UHGV virus genome: UHGV-0159554
Reading direction: 5' to 3' (one strand)
DNA length: 41,863 bases
Origin: a virus
Below the pieces are notes generated by a model that searched no databases, was not told the DNA's origin, and saw nothing but the letters and a program-made list of their open reading frames with translations. Made by a program: the position numbers and the translations under genes. This document shows, piece after piece, positions 1 to 8,113 of this stretch. Every line of letters starts with the position of its first letter. Position 1 is the stretch's first letter.

Positions 1-56
1 CCGGACTTTATGGCGTTACGCAGGAAGAGCTTTTGATGGACGATGAGGACGAGTAG
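1..56 (+). CDS. 3' end of the acidic protein starting at 41671
   Basis: In-frame continuation (P)GLYGVTQEELLMDDEDE-TAG. Confidence 0.85.
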   Translation, partial: GLYGVTQEELLMDDEDE

Positions 57-103
57 AAGAACGATCTGGCAGAGTGAAGACGCTATGGGTCAGCCCAGTA
101 AAG
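42..103 (+). repeat. 62-bp direct repeat, copy 1 (gene end plus intergenic spacer)
   Basis: 53/62 identical to 357..418 by manual alignment. Confidence 0.9.
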
Positions 104-110
104 AGTCGAG

Positions 111-371
111 GTGGATAAGGTGGGAATAGAGTTTTCAGAATACCAGCTGCTTTTGAGAGATCGTTTTCTTGCTCAGGTAGATGAGGATGAAAAAGTCCTT
201 ATGATTGGATTAGCACTCGGCCCGGAACAGTATGGGGTGGAAGATGAGATGCTTCAGTATTTGAAGTGCCACCCAGGCGCAAGTTTCCAGGAGGTAGATG
301 AGTACTTTTATTCCATAATACCGCCCCTGGAAATAGTGGATGATGACCTCTTGGATGATGAGGACGAGTAA
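111..371 (+). CDS. Acidic 86-aa protein; putative immunity protein 2 (divergent paralogue)
   Basis: EDEMLQYLKCHPGASF aligns with EQDIIDYGIAHPDAPF; ends DLLDDEDE like its neighbours. Confidence 0.8.
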   Translation: MDKVGIEFSEYQLLLRDRFLAQVDEDEKVLMIGLALGPEQYGVEDEMLQYLKCHPGASFQEVDEYFYSIIPPLEIVDDDLLDDEDE

Positions 372-418
372 CAGAACGATTTGGCAGAGTTAATACGCTG
401 TGGTTCAGCTCAATAAAG
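357..418 (+). repeat. 62-bp direct repeat, copy 2
   Basis: 53/62 identical to 42..103. Confidence 0.9.
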
Positions 419-437
419 TAGCATGGAGGCTATTGGA

Positions 438-686
438 ATGGAAGAAAGGTTGAGATCGTTTCTCTCCCGATACCTTGGGCAGGGAATACAGAAAAAGGAT
501 ATTGTCACTCAAGAGGCTATTGACCTTCTGGTAATGGCAGCCACAATAGACCATTTTGAACAGGATATTATAGACTATGGAATCGCACATCCAGATGCAC
601 CATTTTGGGATTTTATGCAGTTTGGACCGGATGGATTGCTCCCAGACGATGATGGGGCTGATTTGCTGGATGATGAGGAGGACTGA
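438..686 (+). CDS. Acidic 82-aa protein; putative immunity protein 3
   Basis: GGAGG at 425-429 before ATG 438; paralogue of the junction-spanning ORF; ends DLLDDEED. Confidence 0.85.
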   Translation: MEERLRSFLSRYLGQGIQKKDIVTQEAIDLLVMAATIDHFEQDIIDYGIAHPDAPFWDFMQFGPDGLLPDDDGADLLDDEED

Positions 687-786
687 GCATGTCGAAAGAT
701 GATTACTTTCATGAAGCGGGTGCAGGAGTTCCTGGGCCCGGAAGGCGAGATCGCCAATATGGTGATCTCCCGGTTTGCATGATGCC

Positions 787-2211
787 ATGCCAGAGCTGAA
801 GAGAGCCCCCAACGCCGAGGAGCTGGAAAAGCTCATCGCCCTGTTTCTCAAGGCGGAGACCGATATCATCAATGAGATAGGCCGCCTGAGGTCGATGGGC
901 AATGTGGACTATCATGCGGTAGCTGCCCTGGAGCGGGTGCAGCGGATCCTGCAGAGCTTGGAAAATGACTGCTGGGAGTATGTCCCCAAAATGGTGGAAA
1001 AGCAGTTCTATGTGCGTGTGCCGGAAGCCCGGCGCATTGCCGGTGAGACAGTGGAAAAACACATAGCGGGTTACAAAAATGCCGCGGTGCTGACCGCTGA
1101 TCAGTATGCCATCGTGGACAAGCTGGTCCAGAACCTGATGGGGGAGATCACCGCCGCCAATGTCACGGTGATGAGCACGCTTCAGAATGCGCTCATCGGG
1201 CGCCCGGAGGCAGACTTTTACCGCCGGGCGGGGATCGAGGCCACAGCAGCCATGCAGGCCGCCGGTAAGGGCGCATACAAGGCCCTGCCGGAGTTTGTGC
1301 AGACGCTGAAGCGGGAGGGCGTGACCGCCTTTGTGGACAAGGCGGGGCGCAACTGGAGCCTGCATACATACGGGAGCATGACACTGCGTACTACTTCCCG
1401 GCAGGCCGAGGTGCTGGCTGTTCTGACCGCAGACCCGGAGCAGGACCTGTACCAGATCAGCAGCCATGGCAGTACCTGCGCTATCTGTGCTCCGCTGGAA
1501 GGGCGGGTCTACTCCCGGAGCGGCAGCGACCCGGACTTCCCGCCGCTGGCCGCTGCCTTTGGTAAGGTGGATCCAGACGGGCCGGACGACCTGAGCAACA
1601 GCTATCTCAACATTCACCCAAACTGTATTCATTCGCTCCTGCCCTGGTCGCCTGCAGGCAGGACGGAACAGGAGATTGAGAAGGTCAAACGCTTTTCCTC
1701 CTTCCGTACCAATCCGCCCAGCATCGACCCGCGAACAAAAAAGCAGATCGAGGCGTACCGCAAAAAGGAAGAGGCCCGTGCCAAGTGGCTGCGGGACTAC
1801 CGCCAGTGGGAGCGCTACCGTATGACGCTGGGGGACAAGGTGCCCAGGACCTTCGCCACCTTCCAGAAACACAAGCGGGCGAACGATGGGAAGTACAAGA
1901 ATTGGCTCCGTGAATATCGAGCAGCAAACCGAATTTCTGATTTAGCAGAAACACTGCCCCTCCCGGGTCATATGGCGGGTATTGTCCCTGCCGGTGCAAC
2001 TATTGAGCACATACGCACTATTGCCGGATATGGCAGCAGCAGTGCTATTCGAGATGCTGAGCGCCTTGCTGCTCAATATGGCGGAGACCCGTTAAAATGG
2101 GAGAAAAAAGGTGGTATAATAGAGACAAACAACTATCGCTATGATGTCCATTGGTACGAATTAAATGGTTTGCATCATGAGGAAAAGCTAAAGGGTGTGA
2201 AGCGAAAATGA
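787..2211 (+). CDS. Phage minor head protein (MuF / minor capsid 2 family) with C-terminal putative toxin domain
   Basis: CxxC and HPNCxH motifs, position after portal; last ~95 aa are lower-GC (IRDAERLAAQYGG...HWYE); start could be 775 or 787. Confidence 0.85.
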   Translation: MPELKRAPNAEELEKLIALFLKAETDIINEIGRLRSMGNVDYHAVAALERVQRILQSLENDCWEYVPKMVEKQFYVRVPEARRIAGETVEKHIAGYKNAAVLTADQYAIVDKLVQNLMGEITAANVTVMSTLQNALIGRPEADFYRRAGIEATAAMQAAGKGAYKALPEFVQTLKREGVTAFVDKAGRNWSLHTYGSMTLRTTSRQAEVLAVLTADPEQDLYQISSHGSTCAICAPLEGRVYSRSGSDPDFPPLAAAFGKVDPDGPDDLSNSYLNIHPNCIHSLLPWSPAGRTEQEIEKVKRFSSFRTNPPSIDPRTKKQIEAYRKKEEARAKWLRDYRQWERYRMTLGDKVPRTFATFQKHKRANDGKYKNWLREYRAANRISDLAETLPLPGHMAGIVPAGATIEHIRTIAGYGSSSAIRDAERLAAQYGGDPLKWEKKGGIIETNNYRYDVHWYELNGLHHEEKLKGVKRK

Positions 2212-2480
2212 AGGTTAAATATGTAGGGCCCTCAAAAGGAACGCTTTCTCTCACGGATGGAAAAGTATATGAATGCCTCGGTGTGGAATACGGATTCCTC
2301 CGCGTGATAGATGATGAAGGATACAGCTATTGGGAGAAAGAGCCGGACGAAAAAGAAGGCTACCTATATCCGCCTGTGGGGGTATTTGTAAATGAAGACG
2401 GCTCACGGGCAGGGCGCTTCGAAATCGTAGAAGACGATGCTCAGGGAACGCTGAGCCGATTGTTCCAGAATAACAGATAG
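2208..2480 (+). CDS. Putative immunity protein for the MuF C-terminal domain
   Basis: ATGA overlap with MuF stop; small, acidic; MKVKYVG...LTDGKVYECLG...LRVIDDEG. Confidence 0.7.
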   Translation: MKVKYVGPSKGTLSLTDGKVYECLGVEYGFLRVIDDEGYSYWEKEPDEKEGYLYPPVGVFVNEDGSRAGRFEIVEDDAQGTLSRLFQNNR

Positions 2481-2527
2481 CCTGCAATACACAGCGAAGC
2501 AGCAAAGGCAGTACAGGGAGGCGGGCA

Positions 2528-2656
2528 GTGAAACCGGAAGTGATTGAGACGATCCTAAAGATACTATCCAAAGGCGACCGGGTAGAGCTTATCCCGGGGC
2601 CGGGCGGAACGGTGAAAGTGATCCACATCAAACGGGAGACCGTTGTCGAAAAGTGA
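2528..2656 (+). CDS. 42-aa small protein MKPEVIETILKILSKGDRVELIPGPGGTVKVIHIKRETVVEK
   Basis: GGGAGG RBS upstream of GTG 2528; below ORF-track cutoff. Confidence 0.65.
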   Translation: MKPEVIETILKILSKGDRVELIPGPGGTVKVIHIKRETVVEK

Positions 2657-2698
2657 ACAGCATTCCCCGCCCGAAGCGTTGGGCGGGAAGGACCGAAC

Positions 2699-2740
2699 GG
2701 GGTCAGCTTGTAAGGAGAACTTGCAGGCTGGCCCCTTTTT
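2699..2740 (+). terminator. Intrinsic terminator-like hairpin inside the head operon
   Basis: GGGGTCAGCTTGTAAG-gagaa-CTTGCAGGCTGGCCCC (16 bp with 3 G-U pairs) then TTTTT. Confidence 0.7.
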
Positions 2741-2759
2741 GCATGTCAGAGGTGACGAG

Positions 2760-2993
2760 ATGGATTACAAAGCGGAGTATATCAAGCTGCTCAAACAAGC
2801 ACTGGCGGCAGAGACAGAGGCCGTCCGGCTCTACACCGCCATGATGGCGATCGCACCGGCCTCCATCCTGGAAAAGCTGCTGGAGGTCAATGCGGACGAG
2901 ACCGACCACCAGGCGATCATTGCGGATCTGCTGCTGGAGGCGGTAGCGGGTGAGAGTGCCGACCAGGAAGAGCGTATACCGGGGGTGGATTAG
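2760..2993 (+). CDS. Ferritin-like (two-helix half-ferritin) protein
   Basis: ExEAxxxY and DExxH carboxylate/His motifs; GAGGTG RBS; stop abuts the next ATG. Confidence 0.75.
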   Translation: MDYKAEYIKLLKQALAAETEAVRLYTAMMAIAPASILEKLLEVNADETDHQAIIADLLLEAVAGESADQEERIPGVD

Positions 2994-4193
2994 ATGGCGA
3001 TCGCATATTTTGGAAGCCCGATCAGCCCCAATCAGATCGAGACGGCCGAGGGATACCTCATCTGCAAAAATGTCCCCATCGCCCGGACCGGCAGCCAGAA
3101 CTATCTGGCCAGGGAGATGGGAGTGGCAGATGCCGACCCGGAGGCAGTGATACCGGTGATGCGCTACCCCGAAGATGTGTTTGCACCGGAGACCATCGCC
3201 TCCTTTGAGGGCAAGCCGGTGACAATGACCCACCCGCCGGAAGATGTGACACCCGAGAATTGGTCGGCCTATGCCAAAGGGCATGTACAGAATGTGCGCC
3301 GGACCGGTGAGCACATCATGGCCGATTTGGTCATCACCGACCCGACGCTCATCGACCAGGTGCGCAGCGGATCCATGCGGCAGGTCTCCTGCGGGTATCG
3401 CTGCGACTATGCGGCGGATCCGGCCGGGGGATACCGCCAGAAACGGATACGGGGCAACCATGTGGCTGTCGTCCCCCTGGGACGGGCCGGGGCTGCTGTA
3501 TCAATACAAGACGCCGCCGCACCGGCGGCAGAGAAAGTGAGGAAGAGTATGAACATGTTTAACCGCGTGATCTTGACCGCTCTGGGCAAGGCGGCCAAGG
3601 ATGCAAGCCCGGAGGAACTGGAGGAGCTTGTGGCCACTGTAGAGACTGCGCTGGACGCCGAACCCGCCGCACAGGCGCAGGAGGCAGTACCCGCAGCCGA
3701 TGAGATGACGGAGAAGGTGGCCGGGGACGACGATCTCGGCGGCAAGCTGGACAAGGTCCTTGCCATGTTGGGCGAGCTGGCAAAGAAGAATGACCGGGAG
3801 GAGAAGATGGAGCGTAAGATGTCCGACGAGGGCGATCTGGAAGAGCTCATCGAAAAGCTGACCGGAGAGGATGGCGAAGAGGCGGCCACTGTGACCGAGC
3901 ACGACGCTGCTCCCGATCCCGAGGTACGGGACGCCGCCCTGCAGATCCTGAAGAATGTCCGTCCCGCCGTGGCCGCCATCAGGGATACCAGGGAGCGTGC
4001 CCGGGTGGTGGACGCCCTGCTCAAGTCGGTGCAGAGCGACGCCATGACCGGTGTGCTGGGTGCAGTCACCAGGACAGCCAAGGCAAAGGCCGATGATGCC
4101 GCCACCGCCCAGCAGAAGTACGCCGACCGTTGTCGTGAAGTGGAGTCGGCCTATGCCGCCCGCAACCCCCACATGAAGAAGGAGGAGAAGTAA
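2994..4193 (+). CDS. Head maturation protease/scaffold (DUF2213 family)
   Basis: NVPIARTG, SFEGKPVT..HP, SCGY, NHVAVV..GRAG motifs; acidic helical C-terminal half. Confidence 0.85.
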   Translation: MAIAYFGSPISPNQIETAEGYLICKNVPIARTGSQNYLAREMGVADADPEAVIPVMRYPEDVFAPETIASFEGKPVTMTHPPEDVTPENWSAYAKGHVQNVRRTGEHIMADLVITDPTLIDQVRSGSMRQVSCGYRCDYAADPAGGYRQKRIRGNHVAVVPLGRAGAAVSIQDAAAPAAEKVRKSMNMFNRVILTALGKAAKDASPEELEELVATVETALDAEPAAQAQEAVPAADEMTEKVAGDDDLGGKLDKVLAMLGELAKKNDREEKMERKMSDEGDLEELIEKLTGEDGEEAATVTEHDAAPDPEVRDAALQILKNVRPAVAAIRDTRERARVVDALLKSVQSDAMTGVLGAVTRTAKAKADDAATAQQKYADRCREVESAYAARNPHMKKEEK

Positions 4194-4718
4194 ATGGCAG
4201 GAATCAGACCTCAGACCATTGGAAAAGAAATGCCCTACGGCTTTGCCGGCTGCTACGCCAGACAGCCCGACATGATCGCAAACACCCGCCCCTGCGGCGG
4301 TAAGGTCCCCATCCCTTTCGGCGCCCCGCTGATCTATGACAGTGATACCCCCGGCGCCGTTGTACAGATGGGTGCAGCCGCCACGGCCACCCAGTTTGTG
4401 GGGGTAGCGGGCGCAGAGATCAAGAACTCGCTGGCCTACCTGGAGCAGAGCACCGGCCAGTATGCCCCCGGTGACGCCGTCTCGGTGTTCCAGCGCGGTG
4501 CGATCAATGTGACCTGTCAGCGCGGTACGCCGGCCCTGGGCGGCAAGGTGTATGTCCGCATCACCGCCAATCCCAGTTACAGTACCGCAGCAGTGGGCGG
4601 CTTTGAAGCAGAGGCGGACGAGACAAAGACTGTGGAGCTGACCAACTGCCAGTGGGGCGGCCCCGCGGACGCCAACGGAACCGCCGAGCTGCGGATCCTG
4701 ACCATGCAGAACGCATAA
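4194..4718 (+). CDS. Capsid decoration/cement protein
   Basis: Between scaffold and major capsid; Gly/Ala/Thr-rich beta protein. Confidence 0.7.
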   Translation: MAGIRPQTIGKEMPYGFAGCYARQPDMIANTRPCGGKVPIPFGAPLIYDSDTPGAVVQMGAAATATQFVGVAGAEIKNSLAYLEQSTGQYAPGDAVSVFQRGAINVTCQRGTPALGGKVYVRITANPSYSTAAVGGFEAEADETKTVELTNCQWGGPADANGTAELRILTMQNA

Positions 4719-4730
4719 GGAGGACATGAT

Positions 4731-5771
4731 ATGAGCTATGTAAATGTCGGAACTTTTGACGCCGGTATCATCGGCGGCAGCCAGGCCCCGCAGGGCGTGG
4801 CCGGTGTGCCCGCTTTTGATGCCGCAGCAGTGGCAAGCGGCAACGCCTTTCTGGTGTCGGAGCTGGAAAAGCGCGACCCGGATATCCGCAAACCTCTCAA
4901 CAACTTTACCTATCCCCGTGACATTGTCATCGATGTGGGCGGCGGCTGGGCCGATTACGCCAGCGCCATGACCGTGGGCTATGGCATGACCGGCGGCGCC
5001 GGCGAAGGCGCCGTACAGGCCGGTGGAGCCAATGGCATCCCGGTGGTACAGGCTTCCCTCTCCAAGGGAGTGTACAAGGCCCACGCCTTTGCCGCTGCCC
5101 TGCGTGTGATGTACTGGGACATGATGCGCTCCAACTTCGTGGGCCGCAGCCTGGATGCTCTCCTCACCGATGGCGTCCGTATGGGCTATGATAAGCACCT
5201 GGATCAGAACAGCTATGTCGGCTTTGAAAAGTACGACACCACCGGCCTGATCAATAACCCGGATGCGGTGGAGACCACCGTGGCCCAGGGCGCTGCCGGT
5301 GACACTGCCTGGGCAAAAAAGACCCCGCAGGAGATCCTCAAGGATATCAATTCGGCGATCAGTGCAGTCTGGGAAGCTGCAAACAATGATGAGAGCGCAA
5401 TGCCCAACCATATCCTGCTGCCCTATGCCCAGTACACCTACCTGCTCAACACCCCGGTGAGCGCCGAGATCGTGACCCGCACCACCATTCTGGACTACAT
5501 TATGGAGAACAATGTGGCCACCAAGGCCGGAAAGGGCTTCTTCATCGGCGGCACCAACTGGTGCAAAGGCGCCGGCACCGGCCAGAAGGACCGTATGGTC
5601 GTTTACAACAACGACCGACGATTTGTAAAGATGGACGAATTGGTGCCGCTGACCCGTGCCATGACCAACCCCAACGCCACCGAGCTGTGCTATGACACCG
5701 GCTATGCCGCCAATGTCTCAGAGGTGCAGATCTTCTATCCTCAGACCGTCGCCTACTTCGACGGCATTTAA
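4731..5771 (+). CDS. Major capsid protein (DUF2184 family)
   Basis: 346 aa, position, GLINNP and terminal YPQTVAYFDGI motifs. Confidence 0.88.
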   Translation: MSYVNVGTFDAGIIGGSQAPQGVAGVPAFDAAAVASGNAFLVSELEKRDPDIRKPLNNFTYPRDIVIDVGGGWADYASAMTVGYGMTGGAGEGAVQAGGANGIPVVQASLSKGVYKAHAFAAALRVMYWDMMRSNFVGRSLDALLTDGVRMGYDKHLDQNSYVGFEKYDTTGLINNPDAVETTVAQGAAGDTAWAKKTPQEILKDINSAISAVWEAANNDESAMPNHILLPYAQYTYLLNTPVSAEIVTRTTILDYIMENNVATKAGKGFFIGGTNWCKGAGTGQKDRMVVYNNDRRFVKMDELVPLTRAMTNPNATELCYDTGYAANVSEVQIFYPQTVAYFDGI

Positions 5772-5783
5772 GGGGGCGGCAAG

Positions 5784-6044
5784 ATGGTCATCGTAAGCAA
5801 AAACCATATCCTGCTCCCCTCGGAAGATCAGTCGCTGGTCTTTCCGGTCCCCCGGGGCTGGATGGGCGAGGCGCCGGACTGGGCCACCAGTACCCGGTAC
5901 TTCCGGGAGCTGGTAGCCGATGGCAAGATCATCGTCTCGGAGAGCCGCCGGGATCGGGACCTGCAGGCCGCCGACGAGGCCGGCACTGCAGTGACCAGAA
6001 AGCGCCGCAAGGCCTACGAAGAGGAGAAGGCGAAGGAGGAGTAA
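5784..6044 (+). CDS. Hypothetical virion-associated protein
   Basis: RBS; in structural operon. Confidence 0.7.
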   Translation: MVIVSKNHILLPSEDQSLVFPVPRGWMGEAPDWATSTRYFRELVADGKIIVSESRRDRDLQAADEAGTAVTRKRRKAYEEEKAKEE

Positions 6045-6047
6045 CCG

Positions 6048-6557
6048 ATGGATCACAGCTGGCTTTGTAAGCCGCAGTTTTTCGGCGTCAGAGCCGCCGC
6101 TGCCAATATCGGTACAGGCAAGGGCAGCCTCACCGCTGAGCAGTTTCAGGCGATGTTCCCGCAGTTTTACACCGCCGGGAGCGAAGGACAGCCGGCGGCC
6201 TGTCTGGTGCCTGCCGCCATGCTGGACCGCTTTATCGCCATGGCCAATACCTCCATCATTCCCAGCCAGTGGGGGGAGCTGTGGGAGTACGCAGCGGGGC
6301 TGTATGTGGCACATTACGCCGCCCTTTATCTGCGCACCTACGCCGAGAGCTCTGCCACGCCGGCCCAGGCAGCTGCCTCCGGCGCCCTGGTGGGGGTCGT
6401 ATCCTCTGCCAAGCTGGGTTCTGACAGTGTCAGCTACGACACCGACGCCCTCACAAAAGCCACTGAAAAGTGGGGCGACCTCAATGCCACCCAGTATGGG
6501 CAGCTGCTTGCCACCCAGGCGCGGCTGATCGGTATGGGCGGCAGCTATGTGATTTGA
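6048..6557 (+). CDS. Head-tail connector (DUF4054-like)
   Basis: FxAxFPQF, LYVAHY, TQYGQ motifs. Confidence 0.8.
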   Translation: MDHSWLCKPQFFGVRAAAANIGTGKGSLTAEQFQAMFPQFYTAGSEGQPAACLVPAAMLDRFIAMANTSIIPSQWGELWEYAAGLYVAHYAALYLRTYAESSATPAQAAASGALVGVVSSAKLGSDSVSYDTDALTKATEKWGDLNATQYGQLLATQARLIGMGGSYVI

Positions 6558-6558
6558 G

Positions 6559-6954
6559 GTGATGCGGATGAATTTTCGGGACTGGTACACCGATACGATG
6601 GACATCTGGCGGGTCAGTGAGGTCAAAGATGGGGCCCTTACCCGCCACGAGCGCAAGCAGGTCGCCGCCGGGATCCCCTGCCGGGTTTACCAGATGGGGG
6701 ATGGCCGGATCCAGATGGAGGCGACCGCTGCCCATGTGGAGCAGGGCCACTGGCTGCAGTGCGGTAACGAGGTGGATATTGAGGCCGGCGATGAGCTGCT
6801 GATCCACCGGGGAGCCGTACTGGGGAAGGAGATCAAGAGGGTCCGCGCCTTTGCATCGGAGCCCAATCATTACTTTGAGCCGTTTGGTGCCGTTCTTCCG
6901 GGGCTGGCGCATCAGGAGATCCGGCTTTTGCAGGAGGAGAGAGTGAGAGCATGA
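6559..6954 (+). CDS. Head-tail adaptor/closure protein
   Basis: Position; IPCRV, DIEAGDEL, HQEI motifs. Confidence 0.7.
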   Translation: MMRMNFRDWYTDTMDIWRVSEVKDGALTRHERKQVAAGIPCRVYQMGDGRIQMEATAAHVEQGHWLQCGNEVDIEAGDELLIHRGAVLGKEIKRVRAFASEPNHYFEPFGAVLPGLAHQEIRLLQEERVRA

Positions 6955-7481
6955 GCAAGACAGTCACCTTCCAGCAGCGGATCCAGCAGCTCAGAGAACT
7001 GGAAGCCGATTTGCCGGAGATCCTCGGGAGGGCCGCCGAAGAGGCCGCCAAGAGGGCTGTGCAGGCCGCAGCGGCCGCCACACCCCCGAAAGAGGGGAGC
7101 GGGCGGGGTTCGGCTTACAGCGGCACGCACACCCTCACAGGCGAGCTGAAAGCCCACTGGGCCACCGACAGCCGCACCCAACCGGTGGGGGGAGGCTTTA
7201 CCAGCGGCGGGGAGTTTCACACCAAGCTGGCCAACAACATGGAATATGCCAGCTATGTCAACGATGGACACCGGATGCACCGGCACTTTGTGCCTGGACT
7301 CCATGTCAATCCTTATAGCGGGCTGCTGGAGTATGACCCGGCAGCCGATGTGGGTATCGTAGTCGGCACCAAGACCAAGTATGTCAAGGGGGAGTACATG
7401 GCGGATAAAGGCATCGAGGAGTATCAAAAAGCGGTCCGGGAGATTCTGGACAAGGTGATCGAGGAGGCGATGAAAAAGTGA
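6951..7481 (+). CDS. HK97 gp10-like neck protein
   Basis: TP...TGELK, NNMEYASYVNDGHR motifs. Confidence 0.8.
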   Translation: MSKTVTFQQRIQQLRELEADLPEILGRAAEEAAKRAVQAAAAATPPKEGSGRGSAYSGTHTLTGELKAHWATDSRTQPVGGGFTSGGEFHTKLANNMEYASYVNDGHRMHRHFVPGLHVNPYSGLLEYDPAADVGIVVGTKTKYVKGEYMADKGIEEYQKAVREILDKVIEEAMKK

Positions 7482-7975
7482 ATTTTACCATCACAACCAT
7501 CGCCCGGTCGCTGGCCGGGCATCTGGCCCCGGTGCTGCCGGATGTGACCTTTTACGAAGACCCCAACCAACAGGACAGCCGGATGCCGGCGGCCTTTCTT
7601 CAGCAGAGGTACAGCCACCTGGAACGCCGGACCGGTCAGCGGTGGCTGCGGCGCATCGGTCTGGATCTGACCTGTTTGGAGGACTACAACCTTCCCGACC
7701 TGCAGCAGCGCTATCTGGCTATGGCCGAGGCGCTGGACCTGTCGATGGAGATCTTCCCCTACACCGACGGTTCCGGGGAGGGATCGGTATTGCTTCGGAC
7801 TTACGACCGGAAGTGGAACATCGACCTGGATGCTCTCCACTACAAGTTCGAGCTGCGGGAGATGGTGGAGCTGCCCGATCCCAAGGCTCCCAGCATGCAG
7901 CGCATTGCCGAATACGATGCGGAGGTGATCCCAAACGATGGCAGGCAAAAGACCCCAGCGACGGTACACCCGTGA
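7478..7975 (+). CDS. Tail terminator/completion protein
   Basis: Position before sheath; YEDPNQQ...PAAF motif. Confidence 0.7.
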   Translation: MNFTITTIARSLAGHLAPVLPDVTFYEDPNQQDSRMPAAFLQQRYSHLERRTGQRWLRRIGLDLTCLEDYNLPDLQQRYLAMAEALDLSMEIFPYTDGSGEGSVLLRTYDRKWNIDLDALHYKFELREMVELPDPKAPSMQRIAEYDAEVIPNDGRQKTPATVHP

Positions 7976-8108
7976 GGCACTGCTGAACAGCAGGCGGTAT
8001 GCCGGCTGGCAGCAGGACTTTCTCCGGGCTGTCCTGCACAAAGAAACCTATACCATCCCAGAGGCCGATCGGGCGCTCCGGGAGTTCTTTAAGATGAAAG
8101 GAGAGTGA
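7938..8108 (+). CDS. 56-aa YqzN/YkzM-like small protein
   Basis: GGAGGTG RBS; YTREALLNSRRY...YTIPEADRALREFFK; usual position before the sheath in PBSX-like tails. Confidence 0.7.
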   Translation: MAGKRPQRRYTREALLNSRRYAGWQQDFLRAVLHKETYTIPEADRALREFFKMKGE

Positions 8109-8113
8109 TCGTA

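Noticed and set aside
42..418. Direct repeats as a CRISPR array
   Set aside because: Only two copies, 62 bp long, separated by a whole ORF; no cas genes
699..782. Short ORF MITFMKRVQEFLGPEGEIANMVISRFA as a fourth array member
   Set aside because: Only 27 codons, no similarity to the acidic paralogues and no 62-bp repeat; possibly a remnant
3501..5411. 636-aa minus-strand ORF and similar long antisense ORFs across the structural region
   Set aside because: Shadows of well-supported plus-strand genes
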